DNA of 20,000 nt, from NCBI GenBank assembly GCA_000934665.2, contig KZ538860.1:54968-74967 (forward strand), read 5' to 3'. Shown piece after piece: positions 9,544 through 18,546 of this stretch (its first letter is position 1; the number at the start of each line of letters is the position of its first letter). The DNA comes from Catajapyx aquilonaris. Taxonomy: Eukaryota. The notes under the pieces were generated by a model. It was not told the origin of the DNA. It saw only the letters and a list, made by a program, of their open reading frames with translations, and did not search any database. Position numbers and translations under genes: made by a program.

Positions 9544-10605
9544 TTAGTACTCGACTCCAAAGTCTCTGAAGTTTTTGAACAGGATGTTCAACTCGAGATG
9601 CACTGTTCCCATGGACTGCGTTTGCAGCCGGTACCGGTCCACTCCAGTGTAGACCAACTCGGGGGATCTCAGTTCAGGTCCTCCTCCGAGAAAGAACTGC
9701 GTGATCCTGTCCCGGGTGGAGCTGATTGGTCGCCAGGTCTGCACCTCGATTTGATGGGGTCCAGGTGTGCATGGGATGTAGCAACAGCCGTATGCGTAGA
9801 TCTCGCTGCGCCCAAACGCGTCTAGATGGTACACTTCCACGTGTATCTTCGGCCAACCTACGAGCAAAATCCGGCTTTGAAAATCATTACGTAACATTAT
9901 TGAAGAAAGAGTTTGTTTCTTTAATGTTATAGTAATGTTTATGAAACACTACTCTGCAACATTACTAAATGAATGCCCCTTGCACAGGATGGCCCTAAAT
10001 GCCTAAAGTCTGGACACGTAGGCATACGTAATTTTGTATTGCATTGTATTGCTAGTTGACAGTAACTGGCAACCAACAATGCAACATGTGCCCAGGCGTT
10101 AAGGCCACCCTGTGTCAATGGGAATGTGAGGAACAGTGGTAGGTGGACTTATGTTGTAACTACACACCTTTGATACCTTTGGTGCCATAATGTATGTCAA
10201 TAGGGTGGCTCCAGCAGGATAGGTTGTCATGAAGGGGGCAGTCTACTTGTGTTTGTCCTTCAACCTCACCTTCCAGAACCGACCATGCGTCTCCTAATAA
10301 AATAATTATAGTATCAGGAGCACAAGTACAGTTTAAAAAAATTACATGCATAATACAGGCTGTAATAGGAGAGCGAGAGTGATTCATCAGTCATGGATAC
10401 ACATACAAAACTAATGCCTATCCCATATTATATGTCAAATGAAATCAATGTTGGTGCATAGCAGTGTAATTGGTTATTTGTTTACTGAATGAAGTGCCAA
10501 TAAGTGTTGGGTCATACCTGCGCCACAGTAAAACTTGCAGAAGATGTTTCGGCCTGGAAAGGACTTGCCTCCGACTATCTCTCCGATTACGTGAACTTCA
10601 GCCAT
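9544..10605 (-). CDS. B9D2: B9 domain-containing protein 2 (ciliary transition-zone MKS module); exons 10605-10518, 10293-10168, 9857-9544 (175 aa)
   Basis: Spliced translation MAEVHVIGEIVGGKSFPGRNIFCKFYCGAG-DAWSVLEGEVEGQTQVDCP...[39 protein letters not shown]...FFLGGGPEL...NFRDFGVEY matches the B9D2 family as I recall it; two phase-1 GT-AG introns; 88+126+314 = 528 nt. Confidence 0.95.
9983..10114. mobile_element. 132-bp fold-back (MITE-like) element in B9D2 intron 2
   Basis: Left end CACAGGATGGCCCTAAATGCCT..GGACACGT resembles the reverse complement of the right end, CACAGGGTGGCCTTAACGCCTGGGCACATGT. Inner arms TTGCATTGT (10039-10047)/ACAATGCAA (10076-10084) and TTGCTAGTT (10049-10057)/AACTGGCAA (10064-10072). 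Confidence 0.6.
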
Positions 10606-10975
10606 ATTCGTCCTTCTCGACTGTTTTCATGGCCTCGGGTAGAGCGACCACTGCGAGGCCACTAGGAGGACACAATATATAAACCAGCCGGTCGATCGAT
10701 CGATCGTCCAATGCTTGATGACTCAGAGTGCAAGCAGGAATGAGCAGGTGCTGTTCACCTGGTGGATGCGGTATATAGAGGGAGTTCAATCGATATGACT
10801 GTAAAGACTGCCAAAAGAATTGTGTTGTAAACATCAACTCTAGTTCAACAGTAACTATTGTTGTTGTTGCTACGCATTTTATTTTCGGGTACTGTACTAT
10901 AATTATTTTCATCGCTCAACAACAATAGAGACGATTTTGTTGCATTATTTTGATTCTAGTGCAGCTGGCCGGAGC

Positions 10976-11157
10976 GTAGCAGTGACCGAGAAGTAGCAGT
11001 GACCGAGAAGTAGCAGTGACTGCTGCTCTGGGCCAATAGCGCCCAAGCCCCTGCATTCCCGGTCACGTGGTCAGTCAGTGAGACCAGCTGAACGCACCCT
11101 TTTTCGTTCGAGGAGGAGAGCACGCTTGTGAACGCACCCCCAGTTCCAAGATGGCCG
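10976..11157 (+). promoter_or_regulatory. Conserved promoter cassette, copy 4 (head-to-head with B9D2)
   Basis: GTAGCAGTGACCGAGAA as a 17-bp tandem repeat x2.6 (10976-11020), AATAGCGCCCAAGCCC 11035-11050, GAACGCACCC twice (11090-11099, 11130-11139), CCAAGATGGCCG 11146-11157; ATG at 11380. Confidence 0.8.
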
Positions 11158-11379
11158 ACGAAGAAGAAGAGGTGGAGCACTTCTTCTTCTTCTAGTTGTG
11201 TGCAGCACGTCTTATTACCCGTGAAGATGACCTGCAGCCCAGGTCGACAATAACAAGAGAGACACCCTGTGGTTGGCCATTATTAGTACTTCCCACTCCC
11301 AGTCAAAGCTGGTGACAGAACTTGCGTGATATTTTTGGATTGTCTGATTGGTCGGTATTTTCCCAGTGTTTTCAGGACC

Positions 11380-13933
11380 ATGTCGTCGTCAGCACTGGTG
11401 GTCAAGGAAGAGGGGGAAGAGGGTGAGGAAGAGGGCGTGACTGCGGACACATGGAAAGTGGCATTGAAGCAGGAAGTCACCGTCTTCTCTGATGACGACA
11501 ACTCGACATCTCTAGAGGACGGGATTCATGGATTTGAACCAGTGGATGAGGAGGAGGAGGAGGAGGAGGAAGAGATGGTGGTGGCAGTGGCAGGAGGGGA
11601 TGCTGAAGATGCTGTCGACCCATTATCAGTTGGTTCAGAAAGGACTGGCAAGGTATGAACTAGATATGAGTTCACTGAAAGGTCGAATCGAGTATACTGC
11701 CATTGATCCCAGCAGCTTCTGTGCTAGTGAGAACCACTTTGCCAAGACAAAAAAAAAAAAGGAACAATACTAATTGAAACATTTCAGTTGTTGGTGGCAC
11801 GCATGGAAATTGGAACAACATGTTATCTCTGGCAATGGCAGTGCAAGGCGAATCTCCTAATAGGTGCTCAATGCCAGGGGTGCTCTTCCTGCAATGTATA
11901 TGCAGATCAGCCTGTCTTACACTCTCGCAGCTAGTTTGGACAAATTTAGCCAGAAATTAGACTGAGCATAGTCAATGTGGAATATTGCCTCGGTGCGTAC
12001 TCTGGGAAGTTGTTTCCCTAGTTTTGAAGTCGATAGCACCAAATTCGGCAGGGGACAGTACATGACAGCTGGTCATTACACTTTACCACATTCCTTTAAT
12101 ATCTTTCTATCAATTGTTGGAAGTTTGTTTGTGTGCTAAGTTTGTTCACAATAAAAATCCAGGGGAATGAATGTCCACCACTATTAACTAGCATACTAGG
12201 GGTCACATGTAGGAGTAATTTAATGACATCTGTGTAATGTTGGAGTTACTGAAAATGAACCTAGCTCGCACAATGCGCATAATTCCTCTCAGTGCTGCCC
12301 TCCATTTACATGGGTACAGCCCGGAGCATAAAGTTGCAGACGGCAGGTCCTCCCCTTCGGCAGGCTGCTCTGCCAATCCCCGCCATTACGGTATCAAACA
12401 GACGGTTATAAATACACCAACACATGCCTGAAGCAGCTCAATCAGCCCAAAAAGAGGCAATTAATTTGAGTCGAATAAAGGAAGGCCAGAGAAGGCCTGG
12501 CAGCGTCTCCAACTTTATGCTCGGGGCTGTACATCCATTTACATCTTTTTCCTGCCACCCATCATTTCGCTGCATCATGATTTTTTTTGCTTACATATCC
12601 AATCAAGGAGCACACATTCCATGTACTCACCAACTACACTAACCGAGGCGTGACTGGCCACCTCGCATGAGTTCCTATTGCATAGTAGGCCCGGCTGCAT
12701 GGTATTCCATAAAATTCTGAAGTCGACTCAATGGCCCGTAAGGCCAGTTTTAAGCACATCGAGTATATGGATGGAGTTTAGTGAATCATACCACCTTCTC
12801 GCCTCGTCTCCAGGTTCGACAAGTTATTGGACAGTGAGTTCAAAGCTAGCTCATTCTTGAAACAGTTGTGATATTATTGCTTTCCCACATGCCCTGACCT
12901 GCTGTGCTTCCTTCCCCAGTTGTAAAATATTGCTCGGTAACACTCATTCACCATTTCTGTCTTTCAGGTGGCCCAAGAAAAACATTATGTTGCACGCATG
13001 CAGGAGGAGACCCAGAAGAAATGTCGAAGGTCCAGATGTGAGGATAAGAATCAGGAGAAGGAGAAGACTAGCTCAGGAAAGGAGCCACTCGCCTGTCCAT
13101 TTTGTCAAAAGACGTTTAATCTGGTATATATATTTAGAAGGCACATGTTAACTCACCGCAAAGAAGACCATTTTGTTTGCTGGATATGCCAGAAGGGTTT
13201 CTCTCAGGAAATTCAGCTGAAGGGCCACATGAGAGCTCATTCAACAGATATGAATCATGTTTGTCCAGTGTGCAAAAAGAGGTATAACAAAGCATGTGAT
13301 TTGAAAAAACACTCGGAAGCTCACGCTGAAGTGACCCCCAGTCATGTATGCCATGTGTGCCAGAAAGAATTCAAAAATGTGTCTAATTTTAACAATCACA
13401 TGAAAATCCACGCAGCGCAGAGGCTATATTATTGTGGCACTTGCCATAAGAAATTCAGACATACGGCTCACTTGAAAAATCACATGAAAATCCACACTGG
13501 GCAGGCGGTACCGGAACATTGTTGTGACACTTGCCAGAAAAGATTCAGCAATTCATATGCTCTGAAAGTACACAAGAGTGTTCATACTGGAGAAAAGCCA
13601 TTTGCATGCACAGTGTGCCAGAAAACATTTAGCCAGGCACGTCATTGGAGTGCCCACGTAAAGAGGGCTCACATTGGTAAAGGGTCAAGCGTCTGTGAAG
13701 CAAGTGAGAGGAAGTTCGAATCGGAAGAACCCGAGGTAACTGATGCAGGCGAGAATACACACTGTTGCCAATTTTGCCAGAGACTATTTAGCCATTCAAT
13801 TGATTTGACAGTCCACATGCGAACTCATATTGGGGAGGAATCATTTGCATGCACCGAGTGCAATGAAGAATTTCGGGAGTTGCCACATTTGAAACTGCAC
13901 ATGAATACTCACACTCCAGATTCCAGTCACTGA
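11380..13933 (+). CDS. C2H2 zinc-finger protein ZF-C; exons 11380-11652 and 12968-13933 (412 aa; 9 intact fingers plus 1 degenerate)
   Basis: Exon 1 MSSSALVVKEE...LKQE...AVDPLSVGSERTGK|gtatga (phase 0); acceptor ttctgtctttcag|GTG GCC CAA GAA; degenerate finger CEASERKF lacks the second Cys and both His; stop TGA 13931-13933. Confidence 0.88.
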
Positions 13934-14562
13934 AGCTGCTTAATAAGGGGGAATGAAAATGCCTCGCTAAGGAGCCACATGCTACCAAGTGTCTGACCAA
14001 TGTGACACATTAGTAGATGAGGGGAAGAAAAGAGCAGCCGATGTAGTAGCGTAACGTAAGGCTGGATGTCAATCGAAGATTGCAGGCTGATTATTGTGAA
14101 CTGGTGATGACAGGTTAGCCCCCAATTAACTCCAGTAAATTGGTTCCAGTGAATTTGAGTGTGAAAGGGGACGATTGTAATGTAAGTGAATGAGGTAGGT
14201 AGAAAATAATATTATTTAAAGACCACAACTTTTCTATTGAAGCCCAAGGCAATCTTGAGTTTAAGGCACTGGATGGGTTGAAGCCCCAGTGATATTTGAT
14301 AGTGGACCATTATCCGACCTTGTCGATGCGTACCACTGATGCACATCCCATTGCCCACCAGTTGCAAGGCACTGATGTACTACATAATAAAAATAATGAT
14401 GAAGTAAGAAACAAAGTTGGCCCATGAGCAAATGCCCTTCCCCTTGACATGCTATAATAAATGAGTACTACTTGACAGATGCCCGTGAGTACACTGGTAC
14501 ATTCATGTGATCGAGACATTCTCTTCTAACTATTTCAGTCAAGTCGAAAGGGGGAATGGCGG

Positions 14563-14722
14563 GTAGCAGTTACGGAAGGAGTAGCAGCGACGGAGGGCTG
14601 CCCGCGGCCAACAGCGCTTAGTCCCCTCCATCCATTGGCACGGGTGGGAGCGGCCGTCGGAACGCACCCCCTCTCTTTTTGTCATAAACAAAACAACAGC
14701 AACGCTGAGCCCAAGATGGCCG
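14563..14722 (+). promoter_or_regulatory. Conserved promoter cassette, copy 5
   Basis: GTAGCAGTTAC at 14563 and GTAGCAGCGAC at 14581, GGCCAACAGCGCTTAG 14606-14621, GGAACGCACCCC 14659-14670, CCAAGATGGCCG 14711-14722; ATG at 14908. Confidence 0.8.
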
Positions 14723-14754
14723 CCGTCGGACGGACGCGGACGTGATTTACACAG

Positions 14755-14755
<1 letters not shown>

Positions 14756-14823
<68 letters not shown>
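14756..14823. repeat. (TAT)n microsatellite, about 22 units, inside the putative 5'UTR intron of ZF-D
   Basis: Perfect trinucleotide run starting in the donor ACAG|GTATTA at 14755. Confidence 0.95.
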
Positions 14824-14824
<1 letters not shown>

Positions 14825-14907
14825 ACTGGCTGAATTCTTCTCAATGCTCGCAGGCGAACCTAACGAAACTGGATTTTCATGTTCATGGATGGTGTTTTCC
14901 CAGGACA

Positions 14908-16808
14908 ATGTCATCAGCGCTGGCAATCAAGGAGGAGGAGGAGGTGAAGAGGGAAGAGGAGGAAGAAGGGGCTGTCACTGTGGAAGAAACATGGCAGTTG
15001 GCAGTCATGCAGGTACCTACATTCTTTTATGTGATGTCGACACCACCTGCAGGGGACGGCGGGATTAAAGAGGAGCCGGTGGACGAGGAGGAGGAGGAAG
15101 AGATGGTGGCAACGGCGGCAGGAGGGGATGCCGGAAATGCGGTCGACCCATTATCAATTGGTGCAGAAAGGATGACTGGTGAGGTATGCAAAATGAGTTT
15201 ACTGAAATGCCAGATCAAGATGCATGGCAGTGCATCCCGCCAAGTCCATGCAACTTCCACTGATCCAGACTACACATCTCTTGCTGCCGTGCATCCTTTA
15301 CTGGAGCTCACTCGCTCTCCCTCTACATTTCGGCATTTTCTAGTTCGGCACAGGGAAACGCTGGAAGGCTGAAATTTTAATACGACGATGGGGGCACACC
15401 CGGGGACCATACAAATAAATTGTCGGGAAATTTGGACCACTAGGTTCACGCCAGGAGAGGGCCCAAATTGGCTTGGTTTTTGTCTGATTCATATACAGGG
15501 TGTAAATGAATTCAGGGGACCATTTCACAAAAATAATAATAATAATAATAATAAATCGCGCGGCAAACGGCGCGTTGGGCATATTTGTCGCGGGGCATAT
15601 TATTGCCAATAATTAATAATAATTGGCGGGGCACGCGTTTGCCGCTTGACGCTGCCGCAAAATCTTTTTGTGCTTCGGCCTTAACTTGTAGGGGCAATAG
15701 AGGGGACCAATACAAGTATTTTTGACATTGGAACCCGTGTCCGGAAACGCCATCTGGAGGGGGTTCAGAGACGAGGAACGGGTGCGCTCAGACGCGTCAG
15801 GCAGACGGCGTTAGCGAGGGGACCGTTTTGTTGCTAGGTGGCACGCAGATTGTACACAACTTTGCAATTCGCCATAACCTGGCAACAACAGAGTTGCTGT
15901 TTATTATCTGCATGCTACCTAGCATGCTGACTTTAGTTGCTAGGTGGCTCTGTTGTTGCCACGTTTGGGCACATCCCGTCATTGGTTACTGTCCGAGTGC
16001 CACCTAGCAACTAAACGGTCCCAACAAAAACAGAGATTTCTGCTTTCACTGTGCCTGTAATGCGCACTGCTATGTTCTGATTAATGACATCCATCAAAAA
16101 TGAAATATTAGCTCCCTGAAAATTATGCAAGACCAAAATATACGAAATTTCCAGGTGGCCCAAGGAAAACCTGTTGCAAGCATCCAGGAGGAGAACAAGA
16201 TGAAAGGTCAAAGGTCCACCACATGTCAGGATAAGTATCAGGAATACAAGAAGACTCGCTCAGGAAAGGGGCCACTCGCCTGCCCATTTTGTCAGAAGAA
16301 GTTTAATCTGATATACGATTTCAGGAGGCACATGCTAACTCACCGCAAAGAAGAGCATTTTGTGTGCTGGATATGCCAGAAGGGTTTCTCTCAGGAAATT
16401 CAGCTGAAGGGCCACATGAGAGTTCATTCAATAGAAAATGTATGCCATATATGTCAGAAAAAATTCATATGCTCGTCTAATTTGAAACGTCACATGAAGA
16501 GCCACACAGGGCAGGTGAAGTCATATTGTTGTGACACTTGCCAGAAAAATTTTAGCAGGCCATATGCTTTGAAATTGCACAAGAGGACTCATACTGGAGA
16601 AAAGCCATTTGCATGCGCAGTGTGCCAGAAAACATTTAGCCAATCATATGATTTGACAGTCCACATGCGAACTCATATTGGGGAGGAATCATTTGCATGC
16701 ACCGAGTGCCATGAAGAATTTCGGGAGTTGCCCCATTTGAAACTGCACATGAATACTCACACTCCAGATTCCAGTCAGTCACTGAAGCTGCTTAATAAGG
16801 GGGAATGA
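14908..16808 (+). CDS. C2H2 zinc-finger protein ZF-D; exons 14908-15183 and 16155-16808 (309 aa; 6 fingers)
   Basis: Exon 1 MSSALAIKEEE...IKEEP...AVDPLSIGAERMTGE|gtatgc (phase 0); acceptor aatttccag|GTG GCC CAA GGA; 6 fingers; stop TGA 16806-16808; close paralog of ZF-C. Confidence 0.86.
15683..15827 (+). repeat. Interspersed repeat fragment (copy 1), related to 19250-19394
   Basis: Shared blocks AACTTGTAGGGG..TAGAGGGGACCAA..ACGCCATCT.GAGGGGGTTCA.AGAC..CAGGC.GACGGCGTTAGC; a TA|CAGGGTGT end-like motif lies upstream at 15494-15503. Confidence 0.7.
15819..16022. mobile_element. 204-bp nested fold-back element (MITE-like) with 26-bp inverted ends
   Basis: GGGACCGTTTTGTTGCTAGGTGGCAC (15819-15844) matches the reverse complement of 15997-16022 at 25/26 positions; inner perfect 14-bp inverted repeat 15880-15893/15948-15961; central GCATGCTA-CC-TAGCATGC 15910-15927. 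No clear target-site duplication. Confidence 0.75.
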
Positions 16809-17555
16809 AAATGCCTCGCTAAGGAGGCAGATGCTACCAAGTGTCTGACCAATGTGACACATTAGTAGATGAGGGGAAGAAAACAGCAGCTGATGTAGCG
16901 TAACGTAAGGCTGGAGGCCGATCCAAGATTGCAGGCTGATTATTGTGAACTGGTGATGACAGGTTAGCCCCCAATTAACTCCAGTAAATTGGTTCCAGGG
17001 AATTTTAGTGTAAAAGGGGACGATTGTAACGTGAGTGAGGTAGGTTCCAAAATTCTGCAAATTTTCCCTCAAACAGCGGCAATATTTCTGTTTTTAATGC
17101 CGAGTGTTTGAAACATTTCATACACACCCTTGATGGCAGGTTGTTTCGACAGTGGAGGTAACTGCACCATGGAGTAAATATTGCATTGGCTCCGAAACTG
17201 CGGTTCTCTTATTTTCCCGTGATGTGCCTCATCTCATAATTCTACTTGTGATAATTTTAGTATGTAGAGTACCATCAAAACCTGCAGTGTCTGACAGGTG
17301 TCAGTAGAAAATAATTTTTTTTACTATAATTAATTATATGCTGGTGAAGAGCAACTCTTTGGTTTGAGCCCACATTCAAGGCAATATTGAGGTTGATTCA
17401 AGGCACTGGATGGGTTGAAACTTACGGTGGACCATTATCCGACCTTGTCGATGCGTGCCACTGATGCACATCCCATTGTCCACCAGTTGATCTATAACAA
17501 AATGCTGGAAGTAAAAAACCATGAGCAAAATGACCTTCCCTGTCCACCTTGAAAC
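16634..17555 (+). repeat. Segmental duplicate of 13786-14450 (last fingers, 3'UTR and downstream DNA of ZF-C)
   Basis: 16634-17045 is nearly identical to 13786-14200; after 260 extra bp (17046-17305), similarity resumes (17306-17555 versus 14201-14450). Confidence 0.9.
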
Positions 17556-18217
17556 ATTAATGAGGGATTTCTCAGATATCTGTCGCTACCCATACCATCA
17601 ATAAGACATGTTACTCTGTATACTGTATAAGTCAAATTAATTTTGTGACAATAAATGAATGCTCTGATTTTCACAGCCAATGACTTCCTATAGAATGAAA
17701 TATAATAATTGTATTCTACTGAAGCATCTCGTCAAGTAAGTATACTCAGACCCTGGGAGAGCAGCCGAAATATTAATTGCATTGGGAAAGGTCACAAAGA
17801 TGGCGACAACACCTGAGACTCTGGTCAAAAGTAATGAGTGCTGTTGTGTGTTTGAATGCAGCAACAACAACTAATGCCCGGAAGGCTCCGAAGGGGACTA
17901 TTAAAGGTAAAGTGACTTACAACCAAAGTAACTATTTTTACCCTCCTAAATTGTGTTTTTTTTTCTTTCTACTTATTCTGCGTTGCGGCTAATTTTCACG
18001 TCAAAATACCAGGCAAAATGGGATATTTCGCAGCCACAACACCTAGCAGCGACTGTAGCGCGCTCTAAGGTGGTGCGAGCAAGTAGACCTCAGACGATTC
18101 GATATCGATTTTGTGTGGCAATTTATGAATCAATCGATCATTTACCTATTACTGATATCAGTCGCCTACGACCCGCGACCCGCCAGCCGGAACCAGCGAC
18201 CCGCGACCAGATGTTGT

Positions 18218-18315
18218 GGTAACCGCTACTCGGGTGAATAGCGCATAAGCCCGTGTATTTTGATGGCAGCCGTCGGAATGCGCCCGAAGGACGGATTTGG
18301 TTTCCAAGATGGCCG
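18218..18315 (+). promoter_or_regulatory. Conserved promoter cassette, copy 6
   Basis: GGTAACCGCTAC 18218-18229 (motif A reversed), AATAGCGCATAAGCCC 18237-18252, CGGAATGCGCCC 18274-18285, CCAAGATGGCCG 18304-18315; ATG at 18547. Confidence 0.8.
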
Positions 18316-18546
18316 CCGTTGGATGGATCATGGATGGCCTCTTTCGCGCTTGATTCGCCCGTTTCCTTCCTGGTTGTGCCCGTGTTTTGATGTGTACCAG
18401 GTAGGGCATCACCCGGGGTGACCCCGCAGGAACAGGAGGAGGAGGGAATAAGGGACGGGCAGCATGGCCATCGAAGAGGCGCTTGCTGATTCCAAGAAGT
18501 GTTGGCTATTGCCACTGAATGGGAATAATATTCATTTACAGGGGCC

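Noticed and set aside
10976..11020. 17-bp direct repeats (and the 18-bp repeats at 4277-4366) as a CRISPR array
   Set aside because: Head-to-tail repeats with no spacers, in intron-containing eukaryotic DNA with no cas genes.
14742..15068. ORF with a poly-Ile tract resembling a transmembrane segment
   Set aside because: Translation of the (TAT)n microsatellite in a putative UTR intron plus the wrong frame of ZF-D exon 1.
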